A stretch of DNA of 43,254 bases from an uncultured Clostridia bacterium (GCA_934247335.1 CAKQJJ010000001.1:1-43254); one strand, 5' to 3'; positions 24,661 to 33,581 are shown, counted from the first letter of the stretch. The notes: a model not told the origin generated them from the sequence alone. Made by a program: numbers and translations.

Positions 24661-27600
24661 TTACTCTTTTTCGGCAGGGAATTCGTCGATAAGGACGATG
24701 CGAGCGTTGTTGCCTACCGTTATAGAGCTGTCCCACTGCTTTGCGGCAAGCGTTCTGCCGTCGCCGACGAGATAGATGGTCTGATCTTCCGTCCAGCCGT
24801 TGAACGCCGAATAGTTGACGCTTGCATCCATCGGGAAGTAGATTTCTTTCAGCGAAGTGCAGTAATTGAACGTTCCGGAATAAATGAACGAAAGATTTTT
24901 GCTGATCTTCAAAGTAGTAAGATTGGTGCAGTTTTCAAACATTCTGGTCTGAATTTTGAGAACGTTGGAAATATCGACGTAAGTAAGCTTATCGCAATCT
25001 CCGAAGATCATCGCGCCGCCGTTGTCGAAATCGCCGTCGAACACGACTTTTTCTACCGGACAAGCGCTGAATGCGTATCCGCCGACGTAATTAACGCCTA
25101 CGGGCATATGCACTTCTTTAATTCCGCCGTACTGGAAGACGTAACTTTCCAGACGTTTAAATCCTTCGGGGAAGACGAAACTTTCAAGCGAGGGCGTGTT
25201 GTAGAACATACCGGACGCCAGCCAGTTATATTCGCCGTTTAAGGTAACCGAGGAAAGATTTTCGCAATCGGCAAACATATACTTGCATCCCAGATCGGAA
25301 TTGGTGGTATACGAACCGCTCGAGCTTATCTTCGCCTTTATCGCGAAATTGATGACTACGCTTTCGAGAGCGCTTGCGCGGAACGCGTCGTCGCCTACGC
25401 CGGTTATTCCCGCGGGAAGAGTTACGGTCGTGAGAGCACTTCCCTGGAATGCGCCTTTACCTATAGAGGTAAGCGATTCGGAGAGAGTTATTGCGGTAAA
25501 TCCGGTATTTTGGAACGCGTACTGTCCGATAGAAGTAAGCGTACTCGGCAGAACTATTTCGGTAAGTCCCGTGCATCCGTAGAACGCGTAATCGCCGATT
25601 TTGGTCACTCCTTCGGGGATAACTATCTTTTTGAGTCCCTTGAATCCGTAGAACATCTTTGCGGGGATTTCGGTCATTCCTGCGGGAAGAGTAATCTCGG
25701 TTTCGGTGGTAATTCCGTTGAACGCGCCGGAAGAAGTTATGCTTCCGAAGTCGTAATCGAACGAATTTTTAGCGGGATGATAGTACAGTACGGTCTTTGC
25801 CGCATTGTAGATGGCGTTGTCTTCGGTTACGACGAAGTTTGCGCTGTTGTTTACGAAAGGCTTCATCTCGCAACCCATAAACGCGCCGCTTCCGATGTAT
25901 TTGAGTTTTGCGCCCAAAGTAAATTCGGTGATGCCGGTTCCTGCGAATACTTCGGAGGAAAGTACCTGGAAGTTATTGAGCGGAACGTCGATCGAGGTAA
26001 GTTTTTCGCAGCCGTAGAAGCATCTGTAACCAAAGCCGGTAACTGCGGTTCCCGCAAATTTAACGGTGGTAAGATTGGTGCAGCCTGCAAAAGTATATCC
26101 GTACGATTCGGATTCTTTGTCGTAGTTTGCGGGGTTGGAAGTATATACGCTGCCGATAGCCGCAACCTTTACGGGAACGGTGATTTCGGTAAGCGAAGTG
26201 CAGCCTTCAAACAGTCTTGCGGGCAAAGCGGTAAGCGCCGTGTTGTTTCCGAAGTCTACTTTGCTCAAAGACGTGCATCCGCGGAAAGCACCCCATCCGA
26301 GAGAGGTTCCGCTAACCTTGGGAAGATTTACTTCCTTAAGGCTTACGCAGTTGTCAAACGCACAGTTGCCTATAACGGTGAGGTTGTTGAGGTTTATGGA
26401 TTTGAGCGAAGTGCAGTTCTGGAATACGAACGCGCCCATTTTGGTAACCTTTGCGCCGAGGGTAACAGTTTCGAGATCTTTACAATTCGCAAACGTGTAA
26501 GTCTTGGTGCTGTATCTGGTTCCGAGATCGGCTACTTTATCGGGAATTGCGATAGATTTAAGACCCGAGCCCTGGAAGCAATAGGTACCGATTTTGGTAA
26601 GATTTGCCGGTAACGTTATCGCAGTCAGGCTTTCGCAGAACTGGAAGCTGTTGGAACCCAACTGAGTAACAGAAGCGGGAATATTAACCGATTTAAGCTT
26701 TTTGCAGTTCGCGAACGCGTTGTTGGAAATTGCAGTCAAACTTTCGGGAAGAATTACGCTTTCAAGGCTTTCGCAACCGTCAAACATATAGGTAGGCATA
26801 GCGGTAAGACCGGTTGCCGCTCCGAGATCGACGGAAACGAGCTTTTTGCAGTTCTGGAACATGTAGTTGCCAAGCGTTTTCTTATCCTTGGTGGAAAGTT
26901 TAGCAAGGTTGTTGAAAGTTACGTTCGTAAGATTTGCGCAATCTTTGAAAATGTACGTATCGCTCATCTTCTCCACGCTTGCGGGGATTACGATGCTTTC
27001 GATTCCGCTGTTTATAAACGCGCTGCCCTGAATGGTTTTAAGCGAATCGGGAAGAACGACCGTTTTAAGCGAAATACAGTTACGGAAAGTGTAGCAAGAA
27101 TTGGAATAAGAAGAGGTTCCGCTGCCTATCTGCGTAAGGTTTGCCGGAAGTGTGAGATTTTTAAGGCTCTTGCAACCGTCGAACATTTTGCTAGGCAATA
27201 CGGTTACGCCCTGAGCGTTGGGACGCAGGTTGGGCAATTTGATGGTTTCGAGCGCGTAGCAGTTGCTGAACGCGGCGTCGCCGAACGTGGGATAGCATCC
27301 TTCTTCAAACACTACTTCTTTCAGGTTGATGCAGGACGCAAACGCGTACGAGCCGATGGACTGAACGGACGCAGGTATTACCAATTTTTCGATATCGGTC
27401 TGACCTTCGAGCGCGTTGGGCGAAATTTCGATAATTCCGGCAGGAATTCTGAACACCTTTTCGGTGACGGGATTGCCCTTTTCGTCCTTGATTACGTTGC
27501 CGTCGGCGTCCTTCTTTTCTTCGGGCGTAGCTTTAAGCGTTCCGAGAATATAACGGATAGCTTCGTTGGTGATGTTTACTATTATCTGTTTGTTTTTAGC

Positions 27601-30600
27601 GTATACGGCAAAGTGTTCCGAACCTGCGTCGATTTCGAGCACTTCGATGGACGCGCATTTACTGAACGCGCCTTCGAGCGAAGAAACCGATTTGGAGATA
27701 CTTACAGTGGTAAGTCCTTTACATCCGGAGAATACTGCCGTTCCGAGCGTAACGCCGTTTGCACTCTTGCTTTCCGGAACGCGGAAGTAACTGAGGTCGG
27801 TTCTTGCGAAAGCTTCGTTGCCAATCGATTCGAGGTTGCAGGTCTTTTCGACGAAAGTAACTTCGCCAAGCTGCGAGCAGCCGCTGAAAGCAGAATTTCC
27901 GATGGTTTTAACCGATTCGGGTATTGCTATTTTCTTAATTCCGGTGCCTTCAAACGCGTTTGCACCTATCGTTTCAAGCTGACTGCCTTCCTCGAAGGTT
28001 ACGCTCGTAAGACTTTTAAGGTTTTTGAAAGCCGAGCTTTTTATTGTCTGAATCGAAGCAGGGATTTCGATAGATTCGAGCGAGTTGCACTGAGAGAACA
28101 TGCTGTCGCCGATTTCGGTGAGCGAGCATTTGCCTTCCGAATTCTTTCTGAAAGTCACGGTCTTCAAAGACGTGCAGGACTCGAAGTTTCTGTAATAAAT
28201 AGTGGTTATAATGCTGGAAGAATACCAGGGATCTTTCGTTCCCACCGTGGTAAGCGTGGACGGGAGCGAAACGCTTTCGAGTTTGCCGGCGTGGCTGAAC
28301 GCATAGCATTCGAGAGTGGTTACGCCTTCCGGTATCGTCAACTCTTTGACGGCGGTGTTGTAGAAAGATCTTGCTCCGATTTTAGTAAGAGTATTGTTTT
28401 CGGCAAAATTAACCGTGGTAAGATTTACGGCGTCGTAGAACGCGCTGTGGCTTATTTCGGTATTGCCTTCGGCAAAAGTGATTTTGGTAAGACCGCTGTT
28501 TGCGAATGCCGCCGCGGAAAGCACTTTGAGTCTCTTGGGAAGAGTGATTTCGGTAAGCGCGGTGCAACCTGCAAATACGCCGTCGTAATAAGTTCTTTCT
28601 TCCGTTCCTCCGCCGCTGCCGGGCTCTTCGATGGTGATTTTGCCGTCTGCGAGAGTCAGGTAGTTGAGCACTTCGTCGGTGGGATTGCCGTCCTCGTCTT
28701 CGCCGTAGATAAATTCGTCTTCGATATCCACTTTCGCAAGACTGGTGCAGCCCTTAAACGCGTTTGCGCCTATCGAGATAACCGTCTTGGGGATGAATAC
28801 TTCTTTAAGCGAAGTACACTGAGCAAACATGTTGTCGCCGATTTCGGTAAGACCCTGCGGCAACGAAATTTTGTCAAGCTTAGCGCAGCCGTTGAATACC
28901 GCTTTGCCCATTTCGAGGGTTTTGCCGGTAATTCCGTTGGGGAAGCTGATTTCGACGACGTTCTGATTTGCGTAGAACGCTTTGTCTGCGATTTTTTCGA
29001 CAGACGAAATTATTTCCACGACGCCGCCCTTGTTAAGCGGGCAGACCATAAGGGTGGTTCCGGTAACCTTTCCTTCTTTGTCGTAATTGTTTTTGTAAAG
29101 AATTCCGTCGTTATCGAAATAGTCTTCGTTGCCCTCTTCGACGGTGATCGAGTAAAGCATGCTGCAACCGTCGAAAATACGTGTTTTGGTGATCGCGACG
29201 TTTCCCAGTCCGTAAACGTATTCGTTGGCGGTTCTTTCTTCTATTTCCTGAACGTTTTTAGGAATGGTTATGCTTTCAAGCGAGTAGCAGTTCTGGAACG
29301 CGCCGTCGCCCAGTTTTATAAGGCGCTGGGGAAGAATTATGTTTTTAAGCATTTTGGCGTTCATGAATGCCGACGCACCCAGTTCGAGCGCGTTGGATTT
29401 GTTTGCCGTAAGCTCCTCTGCCGCTGCAGCGAAAGTAACCGTCGTAAGTTCGTCGCAGCCCTTAAACGCGCTGTCGCCGATAAACGTAACCGTCTTCGGA
29501 ATTACTACCGACGAAATTTTGGAATTCATGAATACGTTTCCGCCGATAGCCTTGATGGTACCTTTGCCTTCGATGGTTTCGGGGATGACGTATTCGCCGG
29601 TAATACCGCCGGGGAAGTACGCTATTTCGATTTCGGCGTTTTCTCCGAGCGTCTTACTGAACAGGACGCCTTCCTGCGAGAAATAACTCTGGTTTTGTTC
29701 GTCAACGTTTATTTCTTTAAGGCTGCTGCCGCCGAACACGTTGCCGAAGTTGTCAACCTTGGGCGTATCTTTACCGATGTTTACGTAGTAGAGATAGCCG
29801 GTCGGGCTGGTTGCGTGGTCGGTGTGGAACGCGTATTCTTCGTAATCCACAACCGTGCGAACGATGTTGAGGTTAAGCGTTCTGAGCGCGGTAGTTCCGC
29901 CGAACGCATTCTTTTTAAGAACTTTAAGGTTTTCAGGCAAAGTAAGTTCGGTAATTTTGTTGAGTCCGTAGAAAGCCTTGTTCATTATCGTAAGGTCGCT
30001 GTCGTTTGCCTTACCCTCAAACGAAAGTTCGGTAATCGAGGTGCAGCTCATAAACGCTTCTTCGTCGATGAAAGTCACGTATGCGGGGATGGTGAGTTTG
30101 GTGATTTTCGCGCTCTTGAACGCCCCTTTCGCAATAGTGAAAATTCCCTGCGGAATGGTGTATTCGGTTGCTCTTCCTTTCGGGAAATAGACGATGGTAT
30201 CAAACTGCTTGGTGGCTTCGTTCAGTTTGCACAGAACGCCGTCAATGCTCTTGTAGTTTGCGTTGTTCTCGATGAAGACGTTCTGCATAGCGCTGCATCC
30301 GTCGAACATAGTAACGTCGATTTCCTTCATATAGGACGGAAGCGTTACTTCTTCGAGTTTATAGCAAGATTTGAATATGTTTGCGCCGACGGTCATTTCC
30401 TGTTCGGTTTCGCTGCTTATAAAGGTAACTCTGAGCAGGCTGGAGCAGCTTTGGAACGCTCCCTCGCCGATTTTGATTACGCTCGAGGGAATGGTGATTT
30501 CGGTGATGTTGGATTTCTGATAAAGCGATTTAGCGGGCAATTCGACAACGTCGGAAGGAATTACGTACGCGCCTTCACGATATCTGGGATAGTAAGCGAG

Positions 30601-33390
30601 TTCGTATCCGCCGGTTTCCTGCTTTTTGTAGAGAATACCGTCAACCGATTTATATCTCGGATTTCTTGCACCTTCGACGTGATAAACGTTGACGTACAGA
30701 AGGTTACGGCAACCGTTGAACGCCGCGCCGGATTCGTAACCGCCGTCCATACCTACTTCGACGTTGGTAATGGTGTCGGGCAGGTTGAGCTCGACCATGT
30801 TGGAGCAGCCGTTAAACGAAACTACGCTGGTGACTTTTTTGCCGTTGTAGTTACCGGGAACGGTAACCGTACTCATAAATCCGATACCGGGACCGCCGGA
30901 TACGGCGTATTCGGTGCCGTTGTTGGTAAGGTCGAATTCAAACACTTCAACCCAATAAGCGTACAGAGTGCAATCGCCCGATCTTCTGTATTCGGCAATG
31001 GACGAACCGAGGTAGTCGGTGTACTGAATACCTTTGCCGTTGGGCTCGGTGTACCAGCCCGCAAAAGCAGTCAGAGGATCGTTGGTTTCCGCAGTGCCCA
31101 GCTCGAACTTGCTGCCGTAAGTAACCGTTTTGGTTGCTTCTTTGATGGTACCGCCGCCGCGAACGTCGAGCGTTACTTTATAGGTGTTGGCATTCCACTG
31201 AGCTACGAGCGAAATATCCTGATTTGCAAAGAACTTGGTGGAAGCGTTAACCTTTTCGCCGTCGAGCAGCCAGCTTGCGAAAGTGTAGCCCACGCGGGTA
31301 ACTTCGGGCAAGCCGTAGAAGTCGCCTTCGGTGAGATATTCGTACATATCCTCGTCCTTTCCGGTAACGTAAGTGATTTTGTACGCCTGAACGGTTATTT
31401 CTATCCACTGAGAAGCCTTGTCGCCGCGATAGTAGCATACGGCAACCTTGGTGTTTTTATCTTTAAGTTTAAGAGCGTACTCGGTTACGTTCTGATTGTC
31501 GAGCACGACTTCGCCGTTTACCTTAACCGAGTATCCGGTTGCGCCGAATACGCCGTTCCAGGTAACTTTTCCGTTCTGATAAGCAAGCGTGCTTTCAAGT
31601 GCGCCTTCGCCGAAGTTGAGCGAGGCGGTGTAATCGGAATCGCTGTACTTTTCGCCTTCGATCGTGCCGCCTACGGCTTTAACCGCAGCGGTTTCGGCGT
31701 TGCCGGTTTTTGCGTAATCTTCTTCAGTGAGCGTAAACGAAAGCTCGGCTGCGCCCAGGGTGAATTCGGCGTTGCCTATCTTTATAATATAGCCGGTAGC
31801 GTTGTCAACGGCGTTCCAGGTGAAGGTTCCGTTGACGAATGCAAAGCCCGAGGGAGTTGCAAGCTTGGTCTTTTTAAGCGACAGCGTTGCGGCTTCGCTC
31901 GAAACGTAGCACTTTGCTTCGGCGGTTACCGAAACGGTAAATTCGCCGGAATACGCGCGCAGATCTATCTTGGTTTCGGTGGTTTCTTTCTGCTCGGTGC
32001 CGGCAGCGGTGATAATGTTTACTATATATTTTTCGGCATTTTCTACCGCCGTCCACGTTGCTTCGTCCATATTTTCGTCGGCTGCAAGTCCGCTGACTTT
32101 ATCCAGCTTGCGCACGAGAACGTACTTTTCGGAGTACGAGGAAATATAGCCGTCGGCATACGCTTCGACCACGAAAGACAGTCCGTTTTCGGTCATGCCG
32201 CAGGACGAAAAGTCGTATTCGGTGGCGGTTTTAAGATCGATTGCCGCGGTGTGATTGTGTTCGGGATTTTCGCAGGTTACGGTAAGCTTGTATCCCTCCG
32301 CTTTGGGAACGGGAGCAAACTTTAAGGTGTTGCCTTCGACGGTAAAGTCGGAAACCTTCACGAGACCCATATGACGATAGTATGCGGTGCCGGTTTTGGA
32401 GCCGTATCTGACGGTGATTATGTAGTCGCCGGCAACGTTGGTCATATCGTAGTCGACGTAGTTCTGCATGCAGTTGAGAAGAGCGGGATCCTCGACTTCG
32501 GTTCCGTCGGGCAGAGTGATCTCAACGGCGTAACGAACGTTATTGCCCTGCGCGTTCCAGGAAATGCGCTTGTCGCTTACCGAAACGGCAATTCCGTCGG
32601 TATCCCACACGGCGTACAGCACGGTGTTTTCTTCGATATCCTGGTTTTCGTATTTATAGGAAAGCTTTTCCTTGTCGCCGTACTGGCTTATCCACCAGCC
32701 GAGGAACTTTTTGCCTTCCGCGGTGAGTTCGGGCAAATTGTAAAGCTTGCCGTTCACGGTTTGCATCGTGCCGACCTGCTCGTCGCCGTTCATAAAGGTT
32801 GCGGTGAACACGAACGACGAAGTATTTTGAATGAATTTAGCGTAAACGGTGACGTTTCCACGCTCGTTTACGTCGAAATTATAAGGTTTCGTGCAGGCGC
32901 TGTCCGAGAACCAGCCGACGAAAGTATATCCTTCTTTAACGGGAGCAGTTGCGGGAGACTGAACTTTCTGACCGTTTCTGACAGTGGAGTTTGCCACTCC
33001 GGTGCCGCCGTCCAACTCGAACGTAACGGTAAAAGTCTTGTTCTCCAGAAAAGCGTATTCCTTACCTTTATAAGTCAAGGTAAGTTCGTCCCCGGTTAAC
33101 GTAGCGGTAATAGCCTCTCCGTCCGTGGGATTGATGACCAGCGTATTGCCTTTCAGGTTAAACGTACCGGTTTTGGTTTCGCCGGCAATTACGAGACTGA
33201 AAGAGGTGCCGTCAAGCGACACGGTGTATTCCGTACCGTCAACGATGCAATAATAGCTTGCGGTTTTACTCTCTCCTGTATCGGGACCGTTCGTATCCCC
33301 GTCGCACGCCGCAAACGGCAATGCCATCAGGCATACTGCGACCAATACCAGAATGAGTTTTGTCAATAAAAAGCTCTTGGTTTTTTTCAT
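24661..33390 (-). CDS. 2909-aa giant lipoprotein: B-repeats, Fn3-like modules and a very long BspA-type LRR array
   Basis: Signal peptide with PFAAC lipobox (Cys29). B-repeats at aa about 119-186, 193-262, 669-732 and 736-813 (GYTFVGWFSD, KKFLGWW, GYTFASWLLDG, FAGWYTEPNG). Five modules at aa about 265-668 carry the W-x-A/G-V...Y-x-V motif. LRR_5 repeats run from aa about 815 to about 2865. RBS GGAGG. Confidence 0.9.
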   Translation of the reverse strand: MKKTKSFLLTKLILVLVAVCLMALPFAACDGDTNGPDTGESKTASYYCIVDGTEYTVSLDGTSFSLVIAGETKTGTFNLKGNTLVINPTDGEAITATLTGDELTLTYKGKEYAFLENKTFTVTFELDGGTGVANSTVRNGQKVQSPATAPVKEGYTFVGWFSDSACTKPYNFDVNERGNVTVYAKFIQNTSSFVFTATFMNGDEQVGTMQTVNGKLYNLPELTAEGKKFLGWWISQYGDKEKLSYKYENQDIEENTVLYAVWDTDGIAVSVSDKRISWNAQGNNVRYAVEITLPDGTEVEDPALLNCMQNYVDYDMTNVAGDYIITVRYGSKTGTAYYRHMGLVKVSDFTVEGNTLKFAPVPKAEGYKLTVTCENPEHNHTAAIDLKTATEYDFSSCGMTENGLSFVVEAYADGYISSYSEKYVLVRKLDKVSGLAADENMDEATWTAVENAEKYIVNIITAAGTEQKETTETKIDLRAYSGEFTVSVTAEAKCYVSSEAATLSLKKTKLATPSGFAFVNGTFTWNAVDNATGYIIKIGNAEFTLGAAELSFTLTEEDYAKTGNAETAAVKAVGGTIEGEKYSDSDYTASLNFGEGALESTLAYQNGKVTWNGVFGATGYSVKVNGEVVLDNQNVTEYALKLKDKNTKVAVCYYRGDKASQWIEITVQAYKITYVTGKDEDMYEYLTEGDFYGLPEVTRVGYTFASWLLDGEKVNASTKFFANQDISLVAQWNANTYKVTLDVRGGGTIKEATKTVTYGSKFELGTAETNDPLTAFAGWYTEPNGKGIQYTDYLGSSIAEYRRSGDCTLYAYWVEVFEFDLTNNGTEYAVSGGPGIGFMSTVTVPGNYNGKKVTSVVSFNGCSNMVELNLPDTITNVEVGMDGGYESGAAFNGCRNLLYVNVYHVEGARNPRYKSVDGILYKKQETGGYELAYYPRYREGAYVIPSDVVELPAKSLYQKSNITEITIPSSVIKIGEGAFQSCSSLLRVTFISSETEQEMTVGANIFKSCYKLEEVTLPSYMKEIDVTMFDGCSAMQNVFIENNANYKSIDGVLCKLNEATKQFDTIVYFPKGRATEYTIPQGIFTIAKGAFKSAKITKLTIPAYVTFIDEEAFMSCTSITELSFEGKANDSDLTIMNKAFYGLNKITELTLPENLKVLKKNAFGGTTALRTLNLNIVRTVVDYEEYAFHTDHATSPTGYLYYVNIGKDTPKVDNFGNVFGGSSLKEINVDEQNQSYFSQEGVLFSKTLGENAEIEIAYFPGGITGEYVIPETIEGKGTIKAIGGNVFMNSKISSVVIPKTVTFIGDSAFKGCDELTTVTFAAAAEELTANKSNALELGASAFMNAKMLKNIILPQRLIKLGDGAFQNCYSLESITIPKNVQEIEERTANEYVYGLGNVAITKTRIFDGCSMLYSITVEEGNEDYFDNDGILYKNNYDKEGKVTGTTLMVCPLNKGGVVEIISSVEKIADKAFYANQNVVEISFPNGITGKTLEMGKAVFNGCAKLDKISLPQGLTEIGDNMFAQCTSLKEVFIPKTVISIGANAFKGCTSLAKVDIEDEFIYGEDEDGNPTDEVLNYLTLADGKITIEEPGSGGGTEERTYYDGVFAGCTALTEITLPKRLKVLSAAAFANSGLTKITFAEGNTEISHSAFYDAVNLTTVNFAENNTLTKIGARSFYNTAVKELTIPEGVTTLECYAFSHAGKLESVSLPSTLTTVGTKDPWYSSSIITTIYYRNFESCTSLKTVTFRKNSEGKCSLTEIGDSMFSQCNSLESIEIPASIQTIKSSAFKNLKSLTSVTFEEGSQLETIGANAFEGTGIKKIAIPESVKTIGNSAFSGCSQLGEVTFVEKTCNLESIGNEAFARTDLSYFRVPESKSANGVTLGTAVFSGCKGLTTVSISKSVSSLEGAFSKCASIEVLEIDAGSEHFAVYAKNKQIIVNITNEAIRYILGTLKATPEEKKDADGNVIKDEKGNPVTEKVFRIPAGIIEISPNALEGQTDIEKLVIPASVQSIGSYAFASCINLKEVVFEEGCYPTFGDAAFSNCYALETIKLPNLRPNAQGVTVLPSKMFDGCKSLKNLTLPANLTQIGSGTSSYSNSCYTFRNCISLKTVVLPDSLKTIQGSAFINSGIESIVIPASVEKMSDTYIFKDCANLTNVTFNNLAKLSTKDKKTLGNYMFQNCKKLVSVDLGAATGLTAMPTYMFDGCESLESVILPESLTAISNNAFANCKKLKSVNIPASVTQLGSNSFQFCESLTAITLPANLTKIGTYCFQGSGLKSIAIPDKVADLGTRYSTKTYTFANCKDLETVTLGAKVTKMGAFVFQNCTSLKSINLNNLTVIGNCAFDNCVSLKEVNLPKVSGTSLGWGAFRGCTSLSKVDFGNNTALTALPARLFEGCTSLTEITVPVKVAAIGSVYTSNPANYDKESESYGYTFAGCTNLTTVKFAGTAVTGFGYRCFYGCEKLTSIDVPLNNFQVLSSEVFAGTGITEFTLGAKLKYIGSGAFMGCEMKPFVNNSANFVVTEDNAIYNAAKTVLYYHPAKNSFDYDFGSITSSGAFNGITTETEITLPAGMTEIPAKMFYGFKGLKKIVIPEGVTKIGDYAFYGCTGLTEIVLPSTLTSIGQYAFQNTGFTAITLSESLTSIGKGAFQGSALTTVTLPAGITGVGDDAFRASALESVVINFAIKAKISSSGSYTTNSDLGCKYMFADCENLSSVTLNGEYNWLASGMFYNTPSLESFVFPEGFKRLESYVFQYGGIKEVHMPVGVNYVGGYAFSACPVEKVVFDGDFDNGGAMIFGDCDKLTYVDISNVLKIQTRMFENCTNLTTLKISKNLSFIYSGTFNYCTSLKEIYFPMDASVNYSAFNGWTEDQTIYLVGDGRTLAAKQWDSSITVGNNARIVLIDEFPAEKE
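24796..30948 (-). repeat. tandem BspA/LRR_5-type repeat coding array (about 2050 aa; by length and period on the order of 80-90 units, not counted exactly)
   Basis: Repeated units such as ITIPSSVIKIGEGAFQSCSSLLRVTF, LTIPAYVTFIDEEAFMSCTSITELSF and VVIPKTVTFIGDSAFKGCDELTTVTF. The units are diverged at the DNA level. Boundaries are approximate. Confidence 0.8.
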
Positions 33391-33552
33391 TACGTGCCTC
33401 CGTTTATAAAATTTATTTCCGCTTTGTCTTTCTCATCATCGACCGCCGTTCGGTCTTAAGCGTACTATCGGGGCAATAAGCAACTCCTTTTTTGCTCTTT
33501 TTGCGGACCGCGCTCGATTATGCTCCTCCCTTGCTCATCATATTATTGACCT

Positions 33553-33581
33553 ATTTTACTATTTTATCAGAGTTTTGTCAA
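33553..33581 (-). promoter_or_regulatory. sigma-A type promoter of the giant lipoprotein gene
   Basis: The reverse strand reads TTGACA aaactctgataaaatag TAAAAT: -35 at 33576-33581, a 17-nt spacer, -10 at 33553-33558. This implies a leader of about 156 nt. Confidence 0.6.

Noticed and set aside
27613-32325. A 1570-aa plus-strand ORF antisense to the giant lipoprotein gene. It is the second-longest ORF in the window.
   Set aside because: - It is in exact codon register with the minus-strand gene (33390-27615 = 3x1925), so it stays open simply because the sense gene lacks TTA, CTA and TCA codons.
- The translation is low-complexity, rich in F, R, G, V and A.
- It has no RBS or promoter.
- The sense strand encodes coherent, recognisable domains.
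33391-33552. A c-di-GMP (GEMM-I/II) or other riboswitch in the leader of the giant adhesin-like gene.
   Set aside because: I could not find the conserved GEMM-I cores (GCACAGGGCAAACC / GGGACGCAAAGCC) or any other riboswitch core I know. Only a covariance-model scan could settle it.
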